The notes under the pieces: model-generated
What the model was told of the DNA's origin: nothing
The model's input: only the letters and a program-made list of their open reading frames with translations
Databases searched by the model: none
From: an uncultured Erysipelotrichaceae bacterium
GTDB taxonomy: Bacteria; Bacillota_I; Bacilli_A; RFN20; CAG-826
Length of the DNA: 64,000 nt
Reading direction: 5' to 3'
Assembly (NCBI GenBank): GCA_902802365.1
Contig: CADCLZ010000001.1
Location: forward strand, 11,393-75,392
Translations under genes and position numbers: made by a program
Shown here: piece by piece, positions 46,506 through 57,095 of the stretch
Position numbering within the stretch: position 1 is the first letter of the stretch
Layout of the letters: every line of letters starts with the position of its first letter

Positions 46506-48255
46506 CCCCTCCCCCTAACTGGCTTTCATAGACTTCTTGATAGACCTTCGAGGTCTTCAAAAGCTCGTCGTGGCTGCCAAGCGCGATAATCTTCCCGTCA
46601 TCGATGATCGCGATTTGATCGCAATCTTTGATCGAGAGAACGCGTTGGGCGATGATGACTCTTGTCATCTCCGGCAACTTGCTCTTAAACCCTTCGCGGA
46701 TCAAAGCATCCGTATGGGTATCGACCGCGGAGGTCGAATCATCCAAGACCAAGATCTTTGGCTTCTTTAAAAGCGCACGCGCGATGCAAAGACGTTGCTT
46801 CTGACCGCCGGAGACATTCGTCCCGCCTTCTTCGATCGGGTGATCGAATTTCTCGGGATAGGAATCGATGTGGTCGGCCACCTGGGCGATTTCGCAGGCT
46901 TGGCGCATTTCTTCTTCGCTCGCGTTCTCATTGCCCCAGGAGAGGTTGCTACGGACCGTGCCAGAGAATAAGGTGTTCTTCTGCAGGACCATCGCGACCG
47001 AGTCGCGGAGGACCTTCAAATCATAAGATTTGACGTCCTCTCCTCCGACGGAGACTTTTCCTTCGTTGACGTCATATAGCCTCGCAATCATCGATACCAA
47101 GGTCGACTTCGAAGAACCCGTAACACCCAAGATGCCTAAGGAGGAGCCAGAAGGCACATTGAGGTTGATGTCATGAAGAACGTCTTTGGTGCCCGATGCC
47201 GAATAACGGAAAGAAACGTGGTCGAAGCAAATCGAGCCGTCTTTCACTTCGGTCAAGGCGTTTTCCGGAGACGCCAGGGAGGGCTTTTCGGTCAAGACCT
47301 CGAAGATACGTTCGGCGGAGTTCCGGGCGATGATGACCATGACGAAGCCCATCGACATGAACTGGAGGGACATCAGGATCTGCATCGTATAGGTGAAGAA
47401 GGAGGAAAGCTCCCCAACCGTGAAGGGATTGGAGGCTTCGGCAAAGAAGTCGGTGGCGATTAGATGCGCGCCTAAGAAGGAGATCGCAAGGATCGTCCCG
47501 TGGACCGTGAATAACACCAACGGGGTATTGAAGGCCAAAAGCTTCTCGGCTTTGGCGAAGTTCTGATAGATGAAATAACTGACTTTGCCGAACTTCTCTT
47601 TCTCGAAGTCCTCGCGGTTATAGGATTTGACCACGCGGATACCTTCGAGATTCTCTTTGACCGAGTTATTGAGGTCATCGTAGGTGTTGAAGACCTTGAC
47701 GAAGGTCGGATGGACTTTGATCGAGATGAAAACCAGGCCAAAACCCATGATTGGCACGGCGATCAAAAACACCCAAGAAAGCCCGAAGCAGGTGATCGAG
47801 GCCATCGTGAAAGCCATCACGAGCATCAACGGGCCCCTGACGACCATCCTAAGGATCATCTGGAAGGCGAATTGGACGTTGGTGATGTCGGTGGTGAGCC
47901 TAGTGACCAGACTGGAGACCGAGAACTTATCGATATTCTCAAACGAGAAGTCCTGGATTTTGTAATACATCCCCTGCCGGAGGTTTTTGCCGAATCCCGC
48001 GGAGGCGCCAGAGGCGAAATAGCCGCCTAAAAAGCCGCCGAGCATGCTGACGATCGCCAAACCGATCATCCAGCCGGCATAGAACCAGATCTTGCCGACG
48101 TCATTGGCCCCGGCATTGATCTCATCGATCATCGGCTGCATCATGAAGGGGATCGTGGTTTCGCAGCCGACCTCGATGATGACGGCCACCCAGGCCCCGA
48201 TGACCTGGCCCCAATAACCTTTAAGATGATGCGCGAGTTCGCGAAGAATCTTCAT
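46486..48255 (-). CDS. ABC exporter, fused permease-ATPase, subunit 1
   Basis: TM domain, then GVTGSSKST, LSGGQKQRLCIARAL, LVLDDSTSAVD. Overlaps subunit 2, so a heterodimeric pair. Confidence 0.85.
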   Translation of the reverse strand: MKILRELAHHLKGYWGQVIGAWVAVIIEVGCETTIPFMMQPMIDEINAGANDVGKIWFYAGWMIGLAIVSMLGGFLGGYFASGASAGFGKNLRQGMYYKIQDFSFENIDKFSVSSLVTRLTTDITNVQFAFQMILRMVVRGPLMLVMAFTMASITCFGLSWVFLIAVPIMGFGLVFISIKVHPTFVKVFNTYDDLNNSVKENLEGIRVVKSYNREDFEKEKFGKVSYFIYQNFAKAEKLLAFNTPLVLFTVHGTILAISFLGAHLIATDFFAEASNPFTVGELSSFFTYTMQILMSLQFMSMGFVMVIIARNSAERIFEVLTEKPSLASPENALTEVKDGSICFDHVSFRYSASGTKDVLHDINLNVPSGSSLGILGVTGSSKSTLVSMIARLYDVNEGKVSVGGEDVKSYDLKVLRDSVAMVLQKNTLFSGTVRSNLSWGNENASEEEMRQACEIAQVADHIDSYPEKFDHPIEEGGTNVSGGQKQRLCIARALLKKPKILVLDDSTSAVDTHTDALIREGFKSKLPEMTRVIIAQRVLSIKDCDQIAIIDDGKIIALGSHDELLKTSKVYQEVYESQLGGGGDFDAE

Positions 48256-48695
48256 TATTCTCCTTCCTCCTCAAGATTCTTGAGGATCTGATGATAAAGA
48301 CGGTCGAACGCTTCGCGGTCTTCCTCTTGAATGCCCGCGGATAACGTTTCCTCAAACTCTTGGAAGACCTTGTTCGCGCGTTCGACGTGCTCGTTGCCTT
48401 TTTCGGTCAGGACAATCGTCTTCTTGCGTTTATCTTCCTGTTCTTTTTCGTAAGCGATGTATTCTTTGTTCTTCAAAGAAGAAAGGACTTCCGACAACGT
48501 GCTTTTCGAGACCTGAAGGTTCTCCAAAAGCTCTTTGGTTTCCACCTTGCCGCCTAACATGCCGATCCTACTCACGATCATCCCTTCTTCCGCGGTGAGG
48601 TCGAGGTTGATCTTGCCGAGGCAGTTGGCATCCACCGCTTTGCGGATCGCCCGGCTTAAGCGGCGTATTTTCCTTCCGAGAAACTGGTTTTCCAT
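48255..48695 (-). CDS. MarR-family transcriptional regulator
   Basis: Winged-helix region (LTAEEGMIVSRIGMLGGKVETKELLENLQVSKSTLSEVLSSLKNKEYI). Start ambiguous (48695, 48731 or 48773). Confidence 0.75.
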   Translation of the reverse strand: MENQFLGRKIRRLSRAIRKAVDANCLGKINLDLTAEEGMIVSRIGMLGGKVETKELLENLQVSKSTLSEVLSSLKNKEYIAYEKEQEDKRKKTIVLTEKGNEHVERANKVFQEFEETLSAGIQEEDREAFDRLYHQILKNLEEEGE

Positions 48696-48868
48696 CGTTG
48701 CTTTCGTTCGTTTCCGAACTATTTTAGCCATTCCTATGGAACGTGCAACAAAAAACGGAGGGGAACGAGACATGATTATCTATTTGTTCCTAGGCTCCGT
48801 TATGGTCTTTAATCCGCTTTTTTGCTTTCCTTCGCGTTCAAACCGTTATCTTTCACGCAAAGAATCGG

Positions 48869-49846
48869 TTACGGTGTGCTATTTTGCTCTCTAACGCCCT
48901 CTAAAAGCCGAAATAGACTCTTCTCTCCCGCAACATTCTGGGTCAAAGCCAATCTGACTTTCTTATACCCCGGGAAGCCAGAGAAGAATTTCGGGAGGAT
49001 GCCGCGCAGCTCACGGATCGCGATGACCTCGCCTTTTAAGGCGATCAGCTTCTTCGCATATTGCTCGGCATAATCGACCTGGGCCAATACATCGGGGCTT
49101 GGGAGCAGCTCCCCCGTATCCAAATAATGATTGATCTGGGTGATGAGATAGGGATTGCCAACCCCGCCGCGGGCCACCATCACCGCATCGGCCTTGGTGA
49201 GCTCCACCGCTTTCTTGGCGTCTTCGGCAGAAAAGATGTTCCCAGAAACGATCAACGGGATGCTTAATTGCTCTTTTAAACCGACCAGTTTTTCGAAATC
49301 CGGGGCACCCGTATATCCTTGTTTGCTGGTTCTGGCGTGTACGGCCACTCCAGCAACCCCCGCTTTTTCTAACAGGGTCGCGACTTCAAAGACATTGATC
49401 GAATCTTCGTCCCATCCAAGCCTGATTTTCGCGGTTACAGGCTTATGGGAGGCCGTCACGACCGCGCGTATATAGTCATAGAGTTCCTGAGGGCGTTTTA
49501 GCCATGCCGAACCAGAACCGGTCCTGGTGACTTTATTGACTGGGCAGCCAAGGTTGATGTCCAAAATATCGTATTCAGCTTTGTTTTCGACGATTCCGAT
49601 CGCCTTGACCGTATTCTCTTTGGCAAAGCCAAATAACTGCAGACCAAACGGGCGATCCTCCTCAGAGGATTCCAAATAGGCATAGGTCTTCTCGTTGAGA
49701 TAATCGATCCCGCAATCGGAGACCATCTCGCTATAGGAAAGGCCAACCCCGAAGGGTTTCATGAATTCGCGATACGCCAATGTGGTGATGCCCGCCATCG
49801 GGGCGAGGACGACATGGCCTTTGATTTCGATTCCGCCGATATTCAT
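48869..49846 (-). CDS. dus: tRNA-dihydrouridine synthase
   Basis: VLAPMAGIT. INLGCP. TIM-barrel FMN motifs. Confidence 0.85.
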   Translation of the reverse strand: MNIGGIEIKGHVVLAPMAGITTLAYREFMKPFGVGLSYSEMVSDCGIDYLNEKTYAYLESSEEDRPFGLQLFGFAKENTVKAIGIVENKAEYDILDINLGCPVNKVTRTGSGSAWLKRPQELYDYIRAVVTASHKPVTAKIRLGWDEDSINVFEVATLLEKAGVAGVAVHARTSKQGYTGAPDFEKLVGLKEQLSIPLIVSGNIFSAEDAKKAVELTKADAVMVARGGVGNPYLITQINHYLDTGELLPSPDVLAQVDYAEQYAKKLIALKGEVIAIRELRGILPKFFSGFPGYKKVRLALTQNVAGEKSLFRLLEGVREQNSTP

Positions 49847-49865
49847 CGGCGATATTATACAAAAA

Positions 49866-49896
49866 AGGCACCGAGATGTTCGATGCCTTTTGGATG
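49866..49896 (-). terminator. Possible terminator after ftsH
   Basis: Imperfect hairpin GGCATCGAACATCTCGGTGCC followed by T-run on the minus strand. Confidence 0.35.
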
Positions 49897-49900
49897 TTGG

Positions 49901-51991
49901 TTATTTGCCTTCTTCGTTAGAAACAGGCTTTTCTTCCGGAGCGGGTTCTTCGACTTTCGCTTCAGGAACCGCTTCTTCGACCGCCGGAGCAGCTTTCTTC
50001 TCGGGTTTGGGTGGGAGATGCTTGTTCTCTAAGAGATAATCGATCTCTTCGGCGGTGATCGTCTCGTGCTCCAACAAGGTTTCGGCGATCAAGATGACTT
50101 GGTCTTTCTTTTCGGTGAGAAGCTTGGTGGCCTGATCATGGGCGTCATCGACGATCTTCCGCACCGCTTTATCGATCTCGAAGGCGATCTGGGTCGAGAA
50201 GTTCTTCTGGGTGTTCGTGTAGTCGCGGCCAAGGAAGACCGAGCCGGTATTGGATTCATACTGAATCGGGCCGAGGTCGGACATGCCCCATTCGGTGACC
50301 ATAAGGCGCGCCATCCTGGTCGCTTCCTCGATGTCGTTGGAAGCGCCGGTGGAGATGTCCTGGAAGAAAATTTCTTCCGAGGTACGGCCACCGAGCAAAC
50401 CGGTGATCCTGGCGATCAATTGGTTCTTGGTCATCAAGAAGCGGTCATCTTCCGGGGTCATCAAGACATGGCCGCCGGTATTGCCGCGCGGGATGATCGT
50501 GATCTTCTGGACTCTGTCGGAGAAGGGCAGGTTGATGCCGATCACGGCATGGCCGGCTTCATGATAGGCGACCATCTTGCGTTCGAGGGCGCTCATGCCG
50601 CGGCTGGCTTTGGCCGGGCCGGAGATGCGGCGATCGATGGCTTCATCGATATCATCGATGCCAACGTCGTCTTTGCCACCGCGAACCGCGAGGATCGCCG
50701 CTTCATTGAGGACGTTATCGATATCAGCGCCCGAGAAGCCGACGGTGCGTTTGGCGAGTTGGCCAAAGTCGACGTTCGGGGAAATCTTTTTGTTTCTGGC
50801 ATGGACTTTGAAGATCGCTTCGCGGCCATCTTTGTCCGGGAGCGAAACGGTGATGGTGCGGTCGAAACGGCCGGCCCTGCGGAGCGCGGGGTCAAGGACG
50901 TCGTCGCGGTTGGTCGCGGCGATGACCAAAATGCCCGAATTGGGTTCGAAGCCGTCCATCTCGACGAGCAACTGGTTCAGGGTTTGCTCGCGTTCGTCGT
51001 TGCCGCCGCCTAAGCCAGCGCCACGCTGACGGCCGACGGCATCGATTTCATCGATGAAAACCAAGCAGGGAGCGGTTTGCTTCGCTTTGTGGAATAAGTC
51101 ACGGACACGGCCGGCGCCCACGCCGACGTACATTTCGACGAAGTCGGAGCCGGAGATGCTATAGAAGGGGACGTTGGCTTCGCCAGCGACCGCTTTGGCA
51201 AGCAAGGTCTTACCGGTGCCAGGGGGGCCGATCAAAAGGACGCCTTTGGGGAGCCTAGCGCCGAATTTGGAGTATTTCTTCGGATCCTTGAGGTATTCGA
51301 CGAGCTCGACCATTTCGGCTTTCGCGGCATCGCATCCGGCGACGTCGGCGAATTTGACTTTGGTCTGGTTTTCCCTGCGGGCCGGGGATTTGTTGAAATC
51401 CATCGCCTGGCGGTTCGCCCCATTGACCGAGGCATTAAGCCGCGAGAAGAAGAACAAACCAAGGAGCACGGCGGCGCCTAAGGTGATGACCGTCGGTCCC
51501 CAGGTATCCCACCAGGAAGCCTGGAAGGCATCGGTTACATAGTAAACCGCCCCATCGGCGAGGACTTCGTCGCTGGAGAAGATCGCCGCGTAGCTGGCGT
51601 GGCTCACGGTGATGTCGCTGTTGTCGGGCAGGGTGATGATGACGTCGAAGTTGTTGTTCCAGCGATCTTCTTCCATCGTGACGCGGAAGTTGAAGGCTTG
51701 GCGGCTGCCTTTGTCCTGGGCGACGCCGCTCACGGTGACGGCCTTGTAGCCTTGACTCACCTGATAGGAACGAAGTTCGTATTTCTGGCTGGATTCGTTG
51801 AATTCGTAGGTTTGGGTGGTTTCGTTGAACGAATAGCCGAAATACCCGTCGAGTTCGCTGGCATGCCAATCGGTGGCGCGGTTGAGGTTCGAGGCGATCA
51901 GCCAGATGAACAAGCCGACCGCGAGGGCCATCACGATATAGGGAAGGATGTAGCCTAATATGCCCCGTTTTGGCTGTTTCCCATCATTCAT
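49901..51991 (-). CDS. ftsH: ATP-dependent zinc metalloprotease FtsH
   Basis: [21 protein letters not shown] region. HEAGHAV zinc motif. N-terminal TM. Confidence 0.95.
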   Translation of the reverse strand: MNDGKQPKRGILGYILPYIVMALAVGLFIWLIASNLNRATDWHASELDGYFGYSFNETTQTYEFNESSQKYELRSYQVSQGYKAVTVSGVAQDKGSRQAFNFRVTMEEDRWNNNFDVIITLPDNSDITVSHASYAAIFSSDEVLADGAVYYVTDAFQASWWDTWGPTVITLGAAVLLGLFFFSRLNASVNGANRQAMDFNKSPARRENQTKVKFADVAGCDAAKAEMVELVEYLKDPKKYSKFGARLPKGVLLIGPPGTGKTLLAKAVAGEANVPFYSISGSDFVEMYVGVGAGRVRDLFHKAKQTAPCLVFIDEIDAVGRQRGAGLGGGNDEREQTLNQLLVEMDGFEPNSGILVIAATNRDDVLDPALRRAGRFDRTITVSLPDKDGREAIFKVHARNKKISPNVDFGQLAKRTVGFSGADIDNVLNEAAILAVRGGKDDVGIDDIDEAIDRRISGPAKASRGMSALERKMVAYHEAGHAVIGINLPFSDRVQKITIIPRGNTGGHVLMTPEDDRFLMTKNQLIARITGLLGGRTSEEIFFQDISTGASNDIEEATRMARLMVTEWGMSDLGPIQYESNTGSVFLGRDYTNTQKNFSTQIAFEIDKAVRKIVDDAHDQATKLLTEKKDQVILIAETLLEHETITAEEIDYLLENKHLPPKPEKKAAPAVEEAVPEAKVEEPAPEEKPVSNEEGK

Positions 51992-52165
51992 ATCGGAATT
52001 CTCCTTTCTTTTTATGCGCGCATAATGCGAATTTTGTTTCCGCTATTATGCAGCTTGGTTGGGGGATATTCAATTGTTTTCAAACTTTTTCAAACAATTT
52101 CAAATTAATTGGATTGCTCTATGAGCAGGAGCAACGATAACCCAGTTTCAGGTTTTGGGCAATCG

Positions 52166-52426
52166 CTATGCGCCGAGAATCGTGTCTTCGAGGATCTCAT
52201 ACATCTTCCCGGCGTCTTCTTTTTTGGCGTAGGGCCTCGGTTCTAAGATCTTCGCCTTTAAGTGATGCCTTCCTAGATGGACCTCGAGAATGTCCCCGGG
52301 GTTCACCTCGGACATCGGTTTCGCGGTTTTGCCGTTTAAAAGCACATCGCCTTCTAGACAAAGCTCTTTGGCGACTTCGCGGCGTTTTAAGATGCGGGAT
52401 ACTTTGAGGAATTTATCGATTCGCAT
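52166..52426 (-). CDS. S4-domain RNA-binding protein (Hsp15/YabO-like)
   Basis: MRIDKFLKVSRILKRREVAKEL...VLLNGKTAKP. Confidence 0.7.
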   Translation of the reverse strand: MRIDKFLKVSRILKRREVAKELCLEGDVLLNGKTAKPMSEVNPGDILEVHLGRHHLKAKILEPRPYAKKEDAGKMYEILEDTILGA

Positions 52427-52445
52427 GGGGTTATCCTACCATAAG

Positions 52446-55400
52446 CTATGCTTCCTGCGGTTTCCTTTTCTCATAAAGTTTATGGATGAGCTGAAGGATC
52501 TTCCAAAGATCATCCATCCACTTCTGCTTCTTGAAATAACGGATCTTGAGCTTCTTATCTAGATAAGAGACCTTGATCGAAGAAAGCATCGGGATCAATT
52601 CGTTGAAAAGATCCGCCCCGATGCCGCCGATCCTGGTGAACTGGTTGGACAGCAGGATATCGACGTATTCCTTGGTTTCGGTCAACGAGCTGAATTCCGG
52701 TTTCTTCACCAAAAGATCAATGCGTTTCTTCTGAATCAACAATTTGGTTTCCTCGGGGATCTTGCCATAGATATCCCGCGTTTTCTTCTCGAAGTCATTC
52801 AAAGCGAAATCGCTTTTGATTGCATCGAGTTCTTGATACATCTGGATCTTATCGGAGTTGGCCGCATATTCCTGAGGAATATAGGCGTCGATCGAGAAAA
52901 GCTTCTCGGGTTTTGGGGGCTCGATCTCTTTGCCAAGCTTTTTGGCCTCCACCGCTTCATTGAGCATCTTCAGATACAAATCCAAACCGATCGAGTCGAT
53001 GAAGCCCGCCTGTTCGGGTCCGAGGATATCCCCGGCCCCGCGGATCATCAAATCGCGTTGGGCGATCTTATAGCCAGAGCCCAGATCAGTGAATTCCTGA
53101 ATGGCTTTTAACCGCTTCTGGGCATCTTCATTCATCTGCTTATGCTCTTTGTAGGTCAAATAAGCGTAGGCGATGCGGTCGCCGCGGCCGACGCGGCCTT
53201 TGATTTGATATAGCTGCGATAACCCAAACTTATCGGCGTCTTCCACGACCAACATGTTGGCGTTAGGGACATCGATGCCGTTTTCGACGATGGAGGTGGC
53301 CACCAAAACATTGAGGCCCCCGTCATAGAAACGCTCCATGACGTCTTCCACCGTTTCCTTGTCCATTTGCCCATGGACCACCCCGACGGCGGCCCCGGGG
53401 ATCTTGGCTTCTAGCTTGGCCGCGGTCGAATAGATTGAGGAGATGGCGTTATGGATATAGAACACCTGGCCGTTTCTTGCGAGCTCTCTTTGGATCAGCT
53501 CATTCACCACTTCTTTGTTAAACGGGATGACGTAGGTTTGAATCGGCATCCGGCTTTCGGGGGCCGTGTTGATCTGCGAGAGCGGGCGTAAGCCGACAAG
53601 CGACATCTGAAGCGTCCTTGGAATCGGGGTTGCAGAAAGGGTCAAAACGTCGACGCTTTTTTTGAACTCTTTGATTTTTTCCTTTTGTTCCACCCCAAAT
53701 CTTTGCTCTTCATCAACGATTAAAAGCCCTAAATCGCGGAAAATGATTTCCTTGGAAAGCAAACGGTGCGTGCCGATGGCTAAGTCGATCTTGCCTTCTT
53801 TCAAAGCCTCCATCGATTTCTTCTGTTCGGCTGCAGGCACAAGACGCGAAAACTGCGCAATTCTGATTCCAAAGTCCGCAAATCTCTCCTGCGCAACCTC
53901 AAAATGTTGCCTAGCGAGAAGCGTGGTCGGGCAAAGGATGGCGACTTGCTTCCCGGCGTTGATCGCCTTGAATGCGGCGCGGAAGGCAATCTCGGTTTTC
54001 CCGAATCCGACGTCGCCGCAGAGCAAACGGTCCATGCATTCGGGCTTCTCCATGTCCTCTTTGATCTCGTTAATTGAACGGAGTTGATCGGGGGTGAGGG
54101 TGTAAGCAAACCCGTTTTCGAATTGACGTTGGAGTTCATCGTCTTTGGGGAAAGCGAAACCCGGGGTCTTTAAACGGTCGCCATAAAGGGCTAAAAGCCG
54201 TTCAGCGAGTTCGTTGACCCGACTTTTGATCTTCGCTTTCCGCTTCTCCCATTCCGGGCTATTTAGGTGCGAGAGTTTAGGGGCTGCGCCTTCTCTTCCA
54301 GCGTATTTCCTGACCAATCTAAACTGTTCTAACGGGACATAGAGGAATTCGTTTGCCGCGTAGGCGATATGGAGGTAATCGCGATGGATGCCGTCTTGCT
54401 CAATCGTCTTAATGCCCAGGTATTGGCCGATGCCGTTATATTCATGGACGACATAATCGCCAGGGTGGAGATCTTCATAAGAACGCAGGATCGTCGCATC
54501 CTTGAATCGGGAGGTGAAGCGCGAAGAAATCGCGCGGGATCCAAAGATCTCCGCCTGCGACAAATAGGCGATCCGCATCTGCTGAAGGTCAAAGCCTTCG
54601 TTTAGATAGGCGTTGGTGATACCGAGCTTCCCAACCGGCAAATCAAAGCCTTTGACCATCTCATAGGGAATCTTTGCTTCTTCTAATAGGCTGGTAACCG
54701 TTTCGACTTGCTGCCTTTCTTTCAAAGAAAGAACCACTTTGTCTTCGCTGGAAAGATACGTTTGGATCGTAGGCACCACATGGACCAAACTCCTGCCGGT
54801 CATGACAATCGGCTTCACCAATAAGGTGAAATCGGCGCTGCTTCTGGCGAAGTTTTGGCCATAGAGGACCTTCTTCCGGCCTTTTAAGACGTCTTCTACC
54901 TCTTGATATTCCTCAAGATGGGAGAGAAGCCTTGCTTTGATCCTTAAGTCGTTGAAATATTCCCTTCCTTCGCGAATCAGCATATCCGAATTGGAAAGGA
55001 AGGACTGTTTGTTGGCGACATAGATGAATTTGGGCTCGAAATAATCTAAGACTGAGAACTTCTTCCCTAAAGCGTAGCCAAAATACTTATAAAGCGAGGG
55101 GCGATAGTTCCTGGAAACGAAATCTTCGAGATCCAAACCGACGTTGGATTCTAATAAATCGCCTAATTCTCGCGACAAAAGGTCTTTGTCTTTCTTTAAT
55201 TGCTCGTTGGCCCTTTCTATGAAGGAAGTTAGCTCATCGTCATTTAAGAAAATATCGGTTGCGGGAAATACCAGCGCGCTTTTAAGGGTTTGTTTGCTCT
55301 GTTGGGTGGCGATATCGAAGGTGCGAATCGAGTCGATTTCATCGCCGAAGAACTCGATGCGGATCGGATCGAGGTAAGAGACGCTATAAATGTCGAGGAT

Positions 55401-55847
55401 ATCGCCGCGCGAAGCGAACTGCAGGGAGTGCTCCACTTTGTTGATTCCTTGATAACCCATGCCAACCAGCCGTTCTTTTAGCTCTGGGAGGTTGAATTCC
55501 TTCCCAACTTCAAAAGAAATCGTCTCTTCCTGGAATCTTTTGGGGTCAGGAAGGAAGCGAAGCAAAGATGCCGGGTGGCAAATAAGAATCTTCTTGCCGT
55601 TTTTCTCTTGGAGTTTCCCTAAGGCATATAGCCTTTGGGCCAAAAGCTCGCGGGAACTGGTCAAACTCTCCGCGCGGAGGAGTTCGTCGGAGGGGAAGAA
55701 CACGACCTCCTCTTCCGAAAGGAAGTTTAAGAGAAAATCGTAGGTTTTTTCGGCGGAATAGAGGTTGTTGGAGACGATGACATAGTTCTCTTTCTTCTCT
55801 AAGAAGAGGGTGGCGACCATTAGGGCGGCACCAATCGTGTCATCCAC
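52446..55847 (-). CDS. mfd: Transcription-repair coupling factor
   Basis: 1133 aa. CGDVGFGKTE Walker A. DEEQRFG. TRG/translocation motif. UvrB-homology N-terminus. Confidence 0.95.
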   Translation of the reverse strand: MDDTIGAALMVATLFLEKKENYVIVSNNLYSAEKTYDFLLNFLSEEEVVFFPSDELLRAESLTSSRELLAQRLYALGKLQEKNGKKILICHPASLLRFLPDPKRFQEETISFEVGKEFNLPELKERLVGMGYQGINKVEHSLQFASRGDILDIYSVSYLDPIRIEFFGDEIDSIRTFDIATQQSKQTLKSALVFPATDIFLNDDELTSFIERANEQLKKDKDLLSRELGDLLESNVGLDLEDFVSRNYRPSLYKYFGYALGKKFSVLDYFEPKFIYVANKQSFLSNSDMLIREGREYFNDLRIKARLLSHLEEYQEVEDVLKGRKKVLYGQNFARSSADFTLLVKPIVMTGRSLVHVVPTIQTYLSSEDKVVLSLKERQQVETVTSLLEEAKIPYEMVKGFDLPVGKLGITNAYLNEGFDLQQMRIAYLSQAEIFGSRAISSRFTSRFKDATILRSYEDLHPGDYVVHEYNGIGQYLGIKTIEQDGIHRDYLHIAYAANEFLYVPLEQFRLVRKYAGREGAAPKLSHLNSPEWEKRKAKIKSRVNELAERLLALYGDRLKTPGFAFPKDDELQRQFENGFAYTLTPDQLRSINEIKEDMEKPECMDRLLCGDVGFGKTEIAFRAAFKAINAGKQVAILCPTTLLARQHFEVAQERFADFGIRIAQFSRLVPAAEQKKSMEALKEGKIDLAIGTHRLLSKEIIFRDLGLLIVDEEQRFGVEQKEKIKEFKKSVDVLTLSATPIPRTLQMSLVGLRPLSQINTAPESRMPIQTYVIPFNKEVVNELIQRELARNGQVFYIHNAISSIYSTAAKLEAKIPGAAVGVVHGQMDKETVEDVMERFYDGGLNVLVATSIVENGIDVPNANMLVVEDADKFGLSQLYQIKGRVGRGDRIAYAYLTYKEHKQMNEDAQKRLKAIQEFTDLGSGYKIAQRDLMIRGAGDILGPEQAGFIDSIGLDLYLKMLNEAVEAKKLGKEIEPPKPEKLFSIDAYIPQEYAANSDKIQMYQELDAIKSDFALNDFEKKTRDIYGKIPEETKLLIQKKRIDLLVKKPEFSSLTETKEYVDILLSNQFTRIGGIGADLFNELIPMLSSIKVSYLDKKLKIRYFKKQKWMDDLWKILQLIHKLYEKRKPQEA

Positions 55848-55914
55848 GACGAAAGACCCCGTTTTTCCAACGAGGGGGGAGGTAGAGATACGTTCTTTTA
55901 GTTTCTCGAAGAGA

Positions 55915-56493
55915 TTACTCGTTCTTGCTCGCTCCTTGGTTATATCGATTCATGACATATCCCCAGCCATGAAGCAGATAATCACGGACCGCCAATGTGG
56001 CTTGATGGATTGCTTCGTCGATTAATTTCGCATCATCGCCTTCTGGTTTCCCGAGCACCCATTCAATTCCGGTATATGGGGGTTCTCCGATGCCAACTCG
56101 AATGCGTTTTATGAGGGGCGTTGATAGGTTTTCGATCACATTTTGCATGCCATTATGCGAACCGGAGGACCCATCTGGACGCAAACGAATCCGCCCCGGG
56201 GCGATCGCCATATCGTCATAGATGATAAGAACGTCCTCGACCGGGATCTTGTAATAGTTCATCAAGGGCCGCACAAACTCGCCGGAGAGGTTCATGAAGG
56301 TCTCGGGTTTGGCGAGGATGAAGGGTTCGGGAAAACGCGGGTCTTTGCAGATGCCGTAGACGCCTTTGAAATCGGAGCGATCAAAAGAAACCGACGCCAT
56401 ATCGGCGAAGGAGTCCACCACGCGGTAGCCCATATTGTGCCTAGTTTCCGCGTATTGGCGGCCAGGATTCCCTAAACCAACGATCAATTTCAT
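55915..56493 (-). CDS. pth: Peptidyl-tRNA hydrolase
   Basis: MKLIVGLGNPG...TRHN.G. Confidence 0.95.
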   Translation of the reverse strand: MKLIVGLGNPGRQYAETRHNMGYRVVDSFADMASVSFDRSDFKGVYGICKDPRFPEPFILAKPETFMNLSGEFVRPLMNYYKIPVEDVLIIYDDMAIAPGRIRLRPDGSSGSHNGMQNVIENLSTPLIKRIRVGIGEPPYTGIEWVLGKPEGDDAKLIDEAIHQATLAVRDYLLHGWGYVMNRYNQGASKNE

Positions 56494-57056
56494 GCTTGTG
56501 CCTTCGTTCTTTCTAACGAAATGCCGTTAATGACCTCGATGATGCGGTTCACGCGTTCCTGATCGTAGCAGACGATTGGGTTGTCCTTGACCGAAAGCAA
56601 AGCTTTCTGATCAATGGAGGCGTCAGGGTCGTTTTCGATCATCGCCAAGGAACGATCCATCATCATCCGATTAAGGAAATTGAGCTTCGAATAATCGAAG
56701 TTCCCGCGGAGTTCGTAGTAACGGACATGGTACATGTCCAGCAAATTGGCGGAGATCAGATCCAATCTGCCTTGTTTGGTTGGGATTGACATGCCGGAGG
56801 AGAAGATGATGACGTCCTTCCCTTCCATCTCATCATAATGGGACAAGAATTTGTCGAGGCCTTGGATTTGGCCGCCTCTGACCCAGCCGCCGAAGACGAT
56901 TACATCGTAATCGCGGAGCGTTTTGGCTTTGAATTTTTTCAAAGGCAACACATCGCCGCTCACTGCGCGGGCGATGTCTTCGGCATATTTTTGGGCGCTG
57001 CCGGTCTGGCTTTCATAAATAATCAGGGTACGCATAGCGTAAGAATAGTACCACAT
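56490..57056 (-). CDS. Flavodoxin-like fold protein
   Basis: LIIYESQTGSAQKYAEDIA (flavodoxin FMN loop). Confidence 0.5.
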   Translation of the reverse strand: MWYYSYAMRTLIIYESQTGSAQKYAEDIARAVSGDVLPLKKFKAKTLRDYDVIVFGGWVRGGQIQGLDKFLSHYDEMEGKDVIIFSSGMSIPTKQGRLDLISANLLDMYHVRYYELRGNFDYSKLNFLNRMMMDRSLAMIENDPDASIDQKALLSVKDNPIVCYDQERVNRIIEVINGISLERTKAQA

Positions 57057-57095
57057 CGACTAGGAAAGTCGTTGGGAAAAACGTATAGTTTTTGC

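Noticed and set aside
50066-51013. 315-aa plus-strand ORF and several 90-150-aa ORFs across 50.0-51.9 kb
   Set aside because: All are antisense or out-of-frame within ftsH. They are artefacts of high GC.
56838-57095. N-terminal 86 codons of the 403-aa ORF
   Set aside because: Antisense to the flavodoxin-like gene. The DUF368 gene starts at 57096.
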